A DNA stretch of 64,000 nt from Nitrospira sp. (GCA_020846195.1 JADLEJ010000046.1:6115-70114), one strand, 5' to 3'; counted from the stretch's first letter, positions 52,263 to 61,961 are shown. The notes: a model not told the origin generated them from the sequence alone. Program-made: numbers and translations.

Positions 52263-53048
52263 ATGCCGCTGACCATCGCCTATAGCGCATGCTCCGATGT
52301 CGGACTCAGGCGCACACGCAACGAAGACCGGTACTGCACAGACACGACCCTGGGGCTCTTCATCGTCTGCGACGGCATGGGCGGCAGCAAGGCCGGCGAA
52401 ATCGCCAGCGGCCTCGCAATTGAAACCATCCACCGCCATATCAATGAAGCATCGCTAGATCCCACGCTGCCGTTGATCGGCCAGTCCGACCCACTCGTTT
52501 CACGCTCAGGGAACCGTCTCCTCAGCGCGGTACGCGAGGCCAATCGCATCATTCATCGTGAAGGGAATAGGAATCGGGACTGGGTTGGAATGGGAACCAC
52601 CGTCGTCGCGGTGCTGCTTGCAGACCGGCTGATGTCGTTCGCCCATGTCGGCGACAGCCGCCTCTATCTGGTCCGTGCCCACGCTATCCACCCCCTGACG
52701 GCCGATCACTCCTGGGTGGCCGAACAAGTACGCGCTGGCCTCATGACAGAGGCCGAGGCCGAGCGATCGCCACAGCGCAACATCGTGACGCGTGCCTTGG
52801 GAATTGCGCCGGACGTCAAGGTCGACATCGACGAGGCAGAGTTGCAGATCGGCGACCGGCTCTTGCTCTGCTCGGATGGCCTGACAAAATACGTCGGCCC
52901 CGCGAGACTTCTCGATGCCCTCACGCAAACCGATGATATGAACGGCGCAGCGCGGCAACTGGTCGCCCTCGCCAACAATGCCGGTGGAGACGACAATACG
53001 ACCGTCATCGCCATGGCTGTCCATGAGACCATGGAACAGCCCATCTAA
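52263..53048 (+). CDS. PP2C-family Ser/Thr phosphatase
   Basis: RTRNEDRY ... VCDGMGGSKAGEIAS ... GGDDNTTVI. Lies 12 nt after the kinase. Confidence 0.85.
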   Translation: MPLTIAYSACSDVGLRRTRNEDRYCTDTTLGLFIVCDGMGGSKAGEIASGLAIETIHRHINEASLDPTLPLIGQSDPLVSRSGNRLLSAVREANRIIHREGNRNRDWVGMGTTVVAVLLADRLMSFAHVGDSRLYLVRAHAIHPLTADHSWVAEQVRAGLMTEAEAERSPQRNIVTRALGIAPDVKVDIDEAELQIGDRLLLCSDGLTKYVGPARLLDALTQTDDMNGAARQLVALANNAGGDDNTTVIAMAVHETMEQPI

Positions 53049-53142
53049 AATCGGGTCCGTCAATGAGACGCGGGAACGCACGACCTCGGTTCGAGCCGTC
53101 TGAAATCTGGGACGATGTCGTTGAGCGATGGCGGCGAACCGG

Positions 53143-53766
53143 CTAGTTCCTGAGAGTGAGCGCGCCCTTGGGCAAGGTCGCGTAGCACTTATCCGACACA
53201 TCCTGAGCGTGGTCCTGCAAGCACTGCAACATCTGCCCCTCTCCTGAAGGCACCGCGCGGCAGAAGCGCTTCACATCGTCCGCACAAGCCAGCGCATGGC
53301 CGGACTGCTCCTTCCACCGCACAAGTTGCTGGCGAACCATCGACTGACAGAAGGGCGGAAGATGCTTGGCCCGTTGTTCCATGCAGCGCCGGCGATTCTC
53401 GCCTTGCAGACTATCCGGACAGGCCTGTTGCAATTCGGCTTCGCATTTCATCTCGGCAATTTGTTTCGAGCGAGGGTCTGACGCGGCCTCCAGTCCTCCC
53501 CCGCCCTGCTCAGATTGCGGCAGCTCCGCCCCGTTGACCACAACTCGATGCGAGCCTGGGGCATCTGGCGGCGGCACCCCTGGAATACTTAGGTCCAGCG
53601 CAGGCGGCGGGAGAGCTGACGTCACGGATCGAGGCGAGACACCGGAGGCATGGAGTTGATCGTTGGCAGGCAGATTGGCCCAGACCAATCCCCACACGAG
53701 CCCCAGCCCGGCAATGGTCACAAGGATAGCGGTAAGACGGCGCGATGGAGACGATGGCTTCGGCAT
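53143..53766 (-). CDS. membrane-anchored cysteine-rich-repeat protein
   Basis: N-terminal TM helix. Two C-x-C-x-C-x-C units, e.g. CADDVKRFCRAVPSGEGQMLQCLQDHAQDVSDKC. Confidence 0.5.
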   Translation of the reverse strand: MPKPSSPSRRLTAILVTIAGLGLVWGLVWANLPANDQLHASGVSPRSVTSALPPPALDLSIPGVPPPDAPGSHRVVVNGAELPQSEQGGGGLEAASDPRSKQIAEMKCEAELQQACPDSLQGENRRRCMEQRAKHLPPFCQSMVRQQLVRWKEQSGHALACADDVKRFCRAVPSGEGQMLQCLQDHAQDVSDKCYATLPKGALTLRN

Positions 53767-53854
53767 GATGCAGGCCTAGGATAGGACAACATCCGAAGAA
53801 AAGCACCGAAAGGTTGGATTTTTAACAATGCGCAGGGAAGCACGCGAGCAGAAA

Positions 53855-54868
53855 CTAATTCTCCGACGCCTCGACGATGTGATTCTCAAACCTTGTGCAG
53901 CCTTCCGCCAGAAGGCGGTTCGTCAGCATTTCGCCGGGCCATTCGATCGGCAAATCGGCCGTGAACACCCACACATCGGGAGACGTCCAGACCGGGCCAT
54001 GCTCCTCCGGCAGTTCCGGATCGAACAGATCGGTCCACACAGGCATGTAAACGCCATTGCCGCATTGCGTATGCAGATGCACAACCGTCCTCGACCGGAC
54101 CAAGGGATCGAGATCCCGCCACACCGCCGCCGTCTCATCGGCCAGGTGATGAATGCGCACCGCATTTTGCGCATCGAACATCGCATAGGCGGCGTAGACC
54201 GGCACCTCGATGGTGTCCGGCGCCAGCGCCAGTTCAGGACATTGCTCAACCAGCCCTTCAAGGATCGCCCGCCGATGCCGATCCTCCCAGGAATCGGGCA
54301 GCCCGGGGTCGGACGCTCCGATAATTTCGAAGAGCAAGAAGGCGGTATTTTCCACCGGCGGATACAACCGCGCGGCAACCGCTTGTGTCCGCTCCGAGTC
54401 GGCCACCGAGGTCAAATGGTCATGCAGCATTTGCAGATTGAGTGGCTCCAGCGTCGCATCGGTCAGCAGCCTCGATTCCACCCGCACCACTGTGCCGGCC
54501 GACAACCGCAGATGCCGGTGGAGCAAATCCGCCGTGGCAATGGGATCGATCTTCAGCTTGAGCGGAGCCGTGAGGTTGGCTTGCAGTGGAAGCTCTAACG
54601 CCGCCATCGTAGCGTAGACCGGCTTTTCTTCCGTCGATTCATCCAGAGCCAAGGTGCAGCTGGCTTCCGCCAGCAGATCGAATAACCACTCGGCCATTTC
54701 TTCATCGAGCGCCGCGAGAACCGTCAGCAGGTCGGACTCGCGCCCCTGCTCCAAGAAGGCCTGCAAGGTATCGATCGCCGCATCCGTGTCGCCATGATCG
54801 TGGCGGCGCGCATTGATCAAATGAATGAGATCGCGGGTGAGCGGATCGGGACGGGACCAAGCTAACAT
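53855..54868 (-). CDS. hypothetical acidic cytoplasmic protein
   Basis: 337-aa ORF with coding-like composition. No motif recognised. Confidence 0.4.
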   Translation of the reverse strand: MLAWSRPDPLTRDLIHLINARRHDHGDTDAAIDTLQAFLEQGRESDLLTVLAALDEEMAEWLFDLLAEASCTLALDESTEEKPVYATMAALELPLQANLTAPLKLKIDPIATADLLHRHLRLSAGTVVRVESRLLTDATLEPLNLQMLHDHLTSVADSERTQAVAARLYPPVENTAFLLFEIIGASDPGLPDSWEDRHRRAILEGLVEQCPELALAPDTIEVPVYAAYAMFDAQNAVRIHHLADETAAVWRDLDPLVRSRTVVHLHTQCGNGVYMPVWTDLFDPELPEEHGPVWTSPDVWVFTADLPIEWPGEMLTNRLLAEGCTRFENHIVEASEN

Positions 54869-55013
54869 CGGGCACTCCTCACATAACCGAACAACAGCTC
54901 TTGCTCACCGAGCTTGCACGAGCTCCATGTTGCCAAAGAATCGATGCAGGAGCAAGAGCGAAGACAGTTCCCACGCCATCGCATCCAGCCTCCCGACAGA
55001 GACTCCACCTCCA

Positions 55014-55427
55014 TCATTCTCCGATCACTTTCACCAGCACACGCTTTCTTCGCCGGCCATCGAATTCACCGTAGAAGATCTGCTCCCAGGGGCCGAAGTC
55101 GAGCCGCCCCTCTGTCACCGCCACCACGACCTCGCGCCCCATCAGTTGCCGCTTTACATGGGCATCGCCGTTGTCCTCACCAGTTTCATTGTGCCGGTAC
55201 CGCGCGTCGTGCGGCGCAAGCCGTTCGAGCACCTCGTCATAGTCGCGCAGCAGTCCCGGTTCGTCGTCATTGATATAGACGCTGGCGGTGATATGCATCG
55301 CGTTGACCAGCACCAGCCCTTCCTTCACACCGCTCGCCTTGAGGACAGCTTCGACCTGCGATGTGATGTTGAGATAGGCCCGGCGCGTCTTGGTCTCAAA
55401 CCACAATTCTTCTCGATACGACTTCAT
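55014..55427 (-). CDS. YjbQ/UPF0047-family (secondary thiamine-phosphate synthase-like) protein
   Basis: [26 protein letters not shown]...[42 protein letters not shown]. Confidence 0.85.
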   Translation of the reverse strand: MKSYREELWFETKTRRAYLNITSQVEAVLKASGVKEGLVLVNAMHITASVYINDDEPGLLRDYDEVLERLAPHDARYRHNETGEDNGDAHVKRQLMGREVVVAVTEGRLDFGPWEQIFYGEFDGRRRKRVLVKVIGE

Positions 55428-55634
55428 CTGCCATCCTATTCGTGTGTGTCTCGACGGGCATTCTGCCGAACGGTTCGATGAAGATTCAAGAGGCAGACAA
55501 GAATCCGCGAGCCGATCCGGCAGCTCAATTCCCCTGTAGAATTCCCCTCACAAAATTGACTCTATCGGACCTTGGTGATAAGTACTTTCACAGAATATGA
55601 TCGCGTGCCGATGATCGCTACAGGGAGGTGCCCG

Positions 55635-56351
55635 ATGGTCGCAGTTGCTGGGGGTCCGTCGTTCGCAGGCAATGTGCTTTCCAATCTGTTTTTTGCCCGC
55701 CAACCGGAGCCAGATTTAGAGTTCACCGAAGAAGAATTAGAACAAACGACGAACACCCGTTCGTCTTCTCCCATGAAGTCGCCCAAGAAATCTGGCGGCC
55801 GTCCCCTCCTCTGGGTGCTGCTCTTGGCCCTCATCGGCGGTGGCGCCTATGTGGCCATGGAACCGGAAATGGCGATGGACTGGGTGAATCAGCTGCTAGG
55901 CGAGACGCCCGCGCCACAGATGGCCACGAGGCCGGCGCCGATGGCACCGCCAGCGCCCGCATCGCCCGATGCGCCGGCTTCAGCGCCTGCTGATCCTCAG
56001 GCCAGCGCGCCGATGCCCGCGGCTCCAGCAGCGCCAATACCCGGAACACCGGCTCCTGCGGCCATGCCGAGCGACTCGGCCATGGCTCCCCCGCCGGCAT
56101 CCGCGTCGCTGTCTCCGCTGTTTGGAGAAAGCCAGCGCGTGACTGTTGCCGCCGATCCTGCGCTCGCCGGCGGCATGATCACCTTGTCTCAAGATTCTGC
56201 CGGCACGAGGCCGGGTCCGGCAGTTCGTCCAGGAACCGGACTGACCATTCTTGACGGCGATCTCCAACCAAACGGATGGGTCTACTCTGTCCGCAGCGAC
56301 GATGGCGTCAAGGGATGGGTTGCTGAGAAGCGTCTTCGCTTGAAGCCGTAA
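55635..56351 (+). CDS. membrane-anchored Pro/Ala-rich protein with C-terminal SH3-like domain
   Basis: ORF 55572..56351 trimmed to ATG 55635 (GGGAGG RBS). TM helix LLWVLLLALIGGGAYV. PA-rich linker. C-terminal GWVYSVRSDDGVKGWVAEKRL. Confidence 0.5.
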   Translation: MVAVAGGPSFAGNVLSNLFFARQPEPDLEFTEEELEQTTNTRSSSPMKSPKKSGGRPLLWVLLLALIGGGAYVAMEPEMAMDWVNQLLGETPAPQMATRPAPMAPPAPASPDAPASAPADPQASAPMPAAPAAPIPGTPAPAAMPSDSAMAPPPASASLSPLFGESQRVTVAADPALAGGMITLSQDSAGTRPGPAVRPGTGLTILDGDLQPNGWVYSVRSDDGVKGWVAEKRLRLKP

Positions 56352-56380
56352 TCTCCAAACTCACATTCTTCAGGTCATCT

Positions 56381-56416
56381 AGAGGGCGGCGATACAATCC
56401 TGTATCGCCGCCCTCT
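56381..56416 (+). terminator. 15-bp perfect-stem hairpin after the SH3 gene
   Basis: AGAGGGCGGCGATAC (56381-56395), loop AATCCT, GTATCGCCGCCCTCT (56402-56416). No U-tract. A TATAAT follows at 56421-56426. Confidence 0.4.
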
Positions 56417-56472
56417 GTGCTATAATGCGCGCCGCGTTTCTTCTACACATTCACCCGGGATCAACCTCCGAC

Positions 56473-57171
56473 ATGCAGACGCTGCGCGCCATTCTTTTCG
56501 ATTTCGATGGGGTCATCGCGAATACCGAACCGCTCCACTTTGCCGGACTCCGGCGCACGCTGGCCGACATCGATATCGCCCTGACGGAATCGGATTACTA
56601 TGCCGACTACTTGGGCTTCGACGATCGCGGCTGCTTTCTGGCGGCACTACAGGCCAATCGACGGCCGGTCACTCCCGCAATCCTCCACGACCTGATGACA
56701 AAAAAAGCGGCCGCCTATCTCGCGTCGGTCCGCGATCATCTCGTCATTTTCCCCGGCGTGCAGGAGTTCGTCCAACAAGCCGCCGCCCGCTATCCTTTGG
56801 CCATCGCTTCCGGCGCTCTCCGCCCTGAAATCGAACTCATCCTCGAACAAGCCGGCCTCCGAAAGGCGTTTCTCCACATCACCAGCGCGGAAAATGTCAG
56901 CCGCGGCAAGCCGGATCCGCAACCTTTTCAATACGCGCTCGCAGGGTTGGCGCATCTGCGCCCGAATCTCGGATTGGATGCCGCGTCGTGCCTGGTCATC
57001 GAAGATTCCCTGCCTGGCATTCGCTCGGCAAAATCCGCGGGCATGAAAGTGCTGGCCGTCGCCAATACCCATACGACGCAAGATCTGCATGAAGCCCATG
57101 CCATTACCCACAGCCTGGCCGACACCAGCCTGGACGATCTGCGCACCCGCCTATGGCCTCTCGCACAATGA
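56473..57171 (+). CDS. HAD-superfamily hydrolase (beta-phosphoglucomutase-like subfamily IA)
   Basis: ORF trimmed to ATG 56473. Motif I ILFDFDGVIANTE, motif II IASGA, motif IV VIEDSLPGIRSAKSAG. Confidence 0.8.
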   Translation: MQTLRAILFDFDGVIANTEPLHFAGLRRTLADIDIALTESDYYADYLGFDDRGCFLAALQANRRPVTPAILHDLMTKKAAAYLASVRDHLVIFPGVQEFVQQAAARYPLAIASGALRPEIELILEQAGLRKAFLHITSAENVSRGKPDPQPFQYALAGLAHLRPNLGLDAASCLVIEDSLPGIRSAKSAGMKVLAVANTHTTQDLHEAHAITHSLADTSLDDLRTRLWPLAQ

Positions 57172-57199
57172 AGACCAGACTCGTGAGGATCGGACTGTA

Positions 57200-58135
57200 A
57201 TGCGTATCTGCTCGCTGGTCCCCGGCGCCACAGAAGTCGTCGCCGCGCTCGGCCTCACAGACCAACTCGTGGCCGTCAGCCACGAGTGCGACTATCCGGA
57301 ATCCATCCGCCACGTCCCATCGGTCGTTGAGCCGGTGATCGATCAGCAGGCCCTCGCAAGCGACGCCATCGACCGCGCCGTCAAACAGCTCGTACAAGCT
57401 GGCCAGCGGCTCTATCGCCTCAACGAGCGCCGCCTTATCGAGGCTCGCCCGGATGTCATCTTGACTCAGGATCTGTGTCATGTCTGTGCCGTGACACCCG
57501 ATCAATTGGCACAGGCCATCATGGCACTCCCCTATGCCCCTCAGCTCGTGACGCTGAATCCGACGTCATTAGAAGACATGCTGCGCGACATCGCACGCAT
57601 CGCGCAGGCCGTCGGCGCCGCTGACCGCGGACGAACATTGTTCCAATCCTTGCGCGCCAGGCTCGACCAGGTGTCCGCGGACACCAGAATCGCCAGGCCG
57701 CGCGTCGTCTGCCTGGAATGGCTCGACCCGCTCTATCTCGCCGGCCATTGGGTGCCTGACATGGTGGCCCTCGCAGGGGGAACCGATATTCTTGGACGAA
57801 CCGGTCAGCCGTCGCGTGAGACCACATGGGACGAGGTGATGGAGGCCGACCCGGACATGCTGCTCCTCATGCCCTGCGGATATTCCGTTCAGCGAACCCT
57901 GGATGAACTGAGCCGCCTTCAACACACGAGTCCATCATGGTCCGCGCAGCTTGCCCGCTGGCCGGAAACCTATGTCCTCAATGCCAATGCCTACTTCAGC
58001 CGCCCTGGCCCCCGGCTCGTTGATGGGGTGGAGTTGCTCGCCGCAATCCTGCACCCGAGGCCATCACACCACTTGAACCCCGCACAAGCCGTCCACTTGA
58101 CGGCCATTGTGCCTTCCGTGGAGTCTCGCCCATGA
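57200..58135 (+). CDS. BtuF/TroA-like periplasmic-binding-protein-fold protein without signal peptide
   Basis: ORF trimmed to ATG 57200. MRICSLVPGATEVVAALGL...PDVILTQ...VVCLEWLDPLYLAGHWVPDMV, the Peripla_BP_2 pattern. Starts directly in the fold with no signal peptide. Confidence 0.65.
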   Translation: MRICSLVPGATEVVAALGLTDQLVAVSHECDYPESIRHVPSVVEPVIDQQALASDAIDRAVKQLVQAGQRLYRLNERRLIEARPDVILTQDLCHVCAVTPDQLAQAIMALPYAPQLVTLNPTSLEDMLRDIARIAQAVGAADRGRTLFQSLRARLDQVSADTRIARPRVVCLEWLDPLYLAGHWVPDMVALAGGTDILGRTGQPSRETTWDEVMEADPDMLLLMPCGYSVQRTLDELSRLQHTSPSWSAQLARWPETYVLNANAYFSRPGPRLVDGVELLAAILHPRPSHHLNPAQAVHLTAIVPSVESRP

Positions 58136-58992
58136 CCGTCGATGAAGCTCAGGCCCATTGCACCGCGCTGACCAAATCCAGCGGCAGCAATTTCTACTAC
58201 TCATTCCTGTTTCTCCCCAAAGCGCGCCGCAACGCCATGTATACGGTCTACGCGTTTTGCAAAGCCGTCGATAGCGCGGTGGATGAACCGCCCGCCGGCA
58301 GCCAGCCGCAGGAAGAGCTCGCCCGCTGGCGCACGGAATTGGAAGCAGCCTATCACGGCACCCCGACATGGCCGATCACCATCAGCCTGGCCCATCATGT
58401 GAAGACGCTCTCGATTCCCAAAGTCTACTTTGAGGAATTGATCAAAGGCGTGGAGATGGATCTGCACAATAATCGCTATGTCACCTTCGACGAGCTGTCC
58501 TCCTATTGTTACCGCGTCGCATCCGTTGTGGGGCTTATCTGTTTGCACGTGTTCGGCGCGACGTCCCCGAGAGCGCAGGACTATGCCGTCGCCCTCGGCA
58601 TGGCATTCCAGCTCACCAACATTCTGCGGGACGTGGGAGCCGACGCCGCGCTCAACCGCATCTACCTCCCGCTTGAGGATCTGAAAGCCTTCAAATACTC
58701 TGAAAAGGCGCTTCGACAGCAGACCTACTCGCCGGAGTTCAAGAAACTGATGCAGTATGAGGCCACGCGGGCCCGGCAGTACTACGACAAAGCCAACGCG
58801 GCATTGATGGCGCTCCCGCCTCATGAGCGCCGCGCGCTGACCGTTGCGGAAATCATGCGCGGGGTATATTCGAGGATTTTGACGAAGCTCGAAGATTCCG
58901 AGTACCAGGTCTTTGGCCCGCGCATCCGCCTGACCACCAACCATCGCCTGGCGATTGCCGCGGGAATCTGGCTTCGCTCCCGACTCTCGTGA
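58132..58992 (+). CDS. hpnD: squalene/phytoene-synthase-family enzyme, HpnD-like (presqualene diphosphate synthase)
   Basis: SGSNFYYSFLFLP..RRNAMYTVYAFCKAVDSAVDE (DxxxD) and NILRDVGADAALNRIYLP (second DxxxD). Discriminating HpnD from HpnC or CrtB needs an HMM. Confidence 0.7.
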   Translation: MTVDEAQAHCTALTKSSGSNFYYSFLFLPKARRNAMYTVYAFCKAVDSAVDEPPAGSQPQEELARWRTELEAAYHGTPTWPITISLAHHVKTLSIPKVYFEELIKGVEMDLHNNRYVTFDELSSYCYRVASVVGLICLHVFGATSPRAQDYAVALGMAFQLTNILRDVGADAALNRIYLPLEDLKAFKYSEKALRQQTYSPEFKKLMQYEATRARQYYDKANAALMALPPHERRALTVAEIMRGVYSRILTKLEDSEYQVFGPRIRLTTNHRLAIAAGIWLRSRLS

Positions 58993-60296
58993 CCGCCTCA
59001 TCCGCAGAGTCCGTCGTTGTCTTCGGCACCTCGCTCGCAAGCCTGGCCGCAGCCTCTGAACTGGCCCGCCAGGGATATCGGCTGACGCTCCTCGAACATC
59101 CAAGCTGGACAGACGATCTCTCAACCGCTGAACCTATCCTTGGCTGCCATCGAGAACTACTGGCCTTGCTCGAAACCTTCCCGGGATTGAAGCCTTCCAC
59201 ACCAAGCCCAGCCGCGCCCCTTGAATTTTCCTTGCCAGATGGACGCATCGTCTCCTACCGACCGACGACGCTTCCCGGATCGCTCCATTGGATCGCCGGA
59301 CTCGTTCGCTTTCGCGGCCTGTCCTGGAACGATCGCTGGCAGCTCCTCTCCTATCTCGAGCGAATCTGGGAACAGGAGCTCTCTGTCCCGACCGCCCTCG
59401 ACCAGCGAACCGCCGATGCCTGGCTGGCATCGATCGGCCAGAGCCAGTCCGCGCGCGACAATATCTGGGCTCCCCTGATCCGCTTTCTCACAGGCAACGC
59501 GCTGACCACGCTCTCAGCCGCAACCTGCGCTCGCGTTCTGGCGCCCCCCTTTCTCACCGATGCTCGCGCATCCTCTTGCACCAGGCTCAGCAGCGCGCAA
59601 CGCCAGCAGTTGCATGATCGGTTGAAAACCGCGCTATCGGCACTGGGCGCACAGGTCCTGACGCAAGCCGATCTTCCTCACCTTCAATTTGGCCAGCATC
59701 GTATTGACCATGTCCGCCTGTGCGATGGGTCTACGATCCACGCGACCTGGTACTTGTCCGGCATACCGCATCATGCGCTGCTCAAACTCCTCCCGGACCG
59801 GCTGCTCACCCGGTACGGATACTTTTCACAATTGAGCGACATGGCGGATCTCTCCGGCCTATCCGTTCAACTCACCGGACCGGCGCCTGCGGCCATGCCC
59901 CGCCTGGTGCTTTTGCCTGGACAGGGATTCCAATCTGTTTCAGTCCTGCCAGCAGCCGACTCTTCATCCGCCTTATATGAATTGTCGGCTGTTGGCGACC
60001 TCCCATTTCTCGAAAGAACCGAGACCGATCTTCTCACTCTCGCCCAACAGGAACTCCACCGCCTGTTTCCGATCCTCCGGACAATACCGCTGCACCCGAC
60101 CGCGTTCCATCGACAACCGCGAGCCACGCTCTCGCTCGCATCCGGGTCGACGATACTCCGCCCCATCCAGCAAAGCCCCGTGCAAAACTTGCTGATCGCC
60201 GGCTCATGGACCGACACTGGCTGGCCGGCGAATAGCGAGAGCGCCGTCGTCAGCGCACGCCGATGCGTCAGCGCCATGACCGGCTCGTTGTCTTGA
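58989..60296 (+). CDS. hpnE: HpnE-like amine-oxidase-fold protein (hydroxysqualene dehydroxylase-like)
   Basis: N-terminal beta-alpha-beta VVVFGTSLASLAAASELARQGYRLTLLE. C-terminal LLIAGSWTDTGWPANSESAVVSARRC. 4-nt overlap with hpnD. The dinucleotide motif is degenerate. Confidence 0.55.
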   Translation: MTASSAESVVVFGTSLASLAAASELARQGYRLTLLEHPSWTDDLSTAEPILGCHRELLALLETFPGLKPSTPSPAAPLEFSLPDGRIVSYRPTTLPGSLHWIAGLVRFRGLSWNDRWQLLSYLERIWEQELSVPTALDQRTADAWLASIGQSQSARDNIWAPLIRFLTGNALTTLSAATCARVLAPPFLTDARASSCTRLSSAQRQQLHDRLKTALSALGAQVLTQADLPHLQFGQHRIDHVRLCDGSTIHATWYLSGIPHHALLKLLPDRLLTRYGYFSQLSDMADLSGLSVQLTGPAPAAMPRLVLLPGQGFQSVSVLPAADSSSALYELSAVGDLPFLERTETDLLTLAQQELHRLFPILRTIPLHPTAFHRQPRATLSLASGSTILRPIQQSPVQNLLIAGSWTDTGWPANSESAVVSARRCVSAMTGSLS

Positions 60297-60328
60297 CCTC
60301 TTCACTTTCACCTGATACGTATCAATTC

Positions 60329-60643
60329 ATGAGCGCTCGCACGATGACTCTGCTTGCTGTCGGAATCATGCTGACCGGCCTATCCGGCTGCGCGACGAGT
60401 CCTTACGACCGCGGCGGTTATCCCACCGGATATAACCGGGCCGACGTGGACCGCGATTACATGGAGTGTGAATACAAAGCCCGGATTGCCAACGATCAAT
60501 ATTTCTATAACCAGCGATCTCCCTTTCCGTTTAGCCCAGGGGCCCAGAGCCCCGCCGACCATGCCCGCGCCCTGCACGGTCTCTCGACCATGAACGCCAT
60601 GCGCGATACCTGCTTAGCGGCCAAGGGCTATCGAGTGGAATAG
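60329..60643 (+). CDS. small hypothetical lipoprotein
   Basis: ORF trimmed to ATG 60329. Lipobox LTGLSGC. Confidence 0.5.
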   Translation: MSARTMTLLAVGIMLTGLSGCATSPYDRGGYPTGYNRADVDRDYMECEYKARIANDQYFYNQRSPFPFSPGAQSPADHARALHGLSTMNAMRDTCLAAKGYRVE

Positions 60644-60744
60644 CGGGTCGGCAACCCTTGCCATCCAACCGGCCATCTGAGCCCGGCACATTGACAACCC
60701 ACCGCGCGCCTTCCTAAGATGTCGCACCAATTGGTTCGACCATC

Positions 60745-61395
60745 ATGACCACCACCCCGCTTCAAGATCTTGCCAAGTCTCTGCATAACTGCCAACGCTG
60801 CAAGCTCGCTAAGCTGGGGCGCAGCCAAGTCGTCTTTGGCGTAGGAAACCCGCATGCCAGCATCATGTTCGTCGGCGAAGCGCCGGGGGCGAATGAAGAT
60901 CTGAAGGGTGAGCCGTTTGTCGGCGCAGCAGGCAAGATTTTGAACGACCTGCTGCAATCGGCCAATCTCTCGCGCGAGGATATCTACATCGCCAACGTCA
61001 TTAAATGCCGGCCGCCTGAAAACCGCGATCCGGAGCCGGATGAAGTGGAAACCTGCAAGCCGTTTCTCCTGCAACAGATTCAGCTGATTCGCCCGAAGCT
61101 GGTCTGCACGCTGGGAAACTGGGCAACGCAAACGCTACTGGAGAGAAAAGTCGGCATTACGAAGGTCAAAGCACAAGCCTTCTACATGAAAGACTTTGTG
61201 CTCTTCCCATTACTCCACCCAGCGGCGGCGTTGCACCAAGGGGGCCTGCTCGACACGTTGAAAGCGGATTTCAAGAAGTTGAAGGAATTTCTCGACAAGA
61301 ACACGAAACCAGCCGAACCGGCGCCAGCTGGTTCATCAGCCGCGCCGGCGCTGCACATCGACCCGCCACACCCGACTCAGATGGACCTGTTTTAG
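60745..61395 (+). CDS. uracil-DNA glycosylase, family 4
   Basis: CQRCKL (Fe-S Cys), GEAPGANEDLKGEPFVGAAGKIL, HPAAAL. Confidence 0.85.
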   Translation: MTTTPLQDLAKSLHNCQRCKLAKLGRSQVVFGVGNPHASIMFVGEAPGANEDLKGEPFVGAAGKILNDLLQSANLSREDIYIANVIKCRPPENRDPEPDEVETCKPFLLQQIQLIRPKLVCTLGNWATQTLLERKVGITKVKAQAFYMKDFVLFPLLHPAAALHQGGLLDTLKADFKKLKEFLDKNTKPAEPAPAGSSAAPALHIDPPHPTQMDLF

Positions 61396-61438
61396 AACCG
61401 TCTCGCTCGATGCCAGGCACATCGACGGGACCGAAAGC

Positions 61439-61909
61439 CTATTTTGCCTTTGAGGACGGCTCTTCGGCCGCGGCGGCAGCCTCGGTTTCGCCAGACTGGC
61501 CTTCTTCGTCGCCTTCGGCAGGCTGCTCTTCTTCTGGCACATCGAACCACTGCACCAGCATCTCATCCCACCATCCCTCGGTGACGTCGTCGCCGGGATC
61601 GGTGCCAAGAAACGCGACGTCTTCTTTCTTCACGTCGGGACCGACGAGATGTGGCTGAAACTTCGCGCGATCGATCACTTCTTTTGTCGCATAGCCACCG
61701 ATAATCCACGAGTCCGGATCGGCGCGGCGCGACTTGTACGCCTTCAGCCCGATCTTCAAATACATGAACAGCTGTTGCTGCACCGGGTCGGCGACGCCTG
61801 ACTGCGGCAGACTCAGCGTCTTCTCGATCTTTTTTCGCCAATGCCGGTCGTCATACCGCGACGTAATCAGCTGCAGCATTCTCTTTCCCAATTCAACATC
61901 GAGCGCCAT
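61439..61909 (-). CDS. hypothetical protein with acidic C-terminal tail
   Basis: 156-aa ORF with no recognised family. Convergent with the glycosylase gene. Confidence 0.4.
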   Translation of the reverse strand: MALDVELGKRMLQLITSRYDDRHWRKKIEKTLSLPQSGVADPVQQQLFMYLKIGLKAYKSRRADPDSWIIGGYATKEVIDRAKFQPHLVGPDVKKEDVAFLGTDPGDDVTEGWWDEMLVQWFDVPEEEQPAEGDEEGQSGETEAAAAAEEPSSKAK

Positions 61910-61961
61910 CGGTTATCCCCTCACACAAATCGTCGCAATCGTGTTCGTACGTGCTTCCTAT

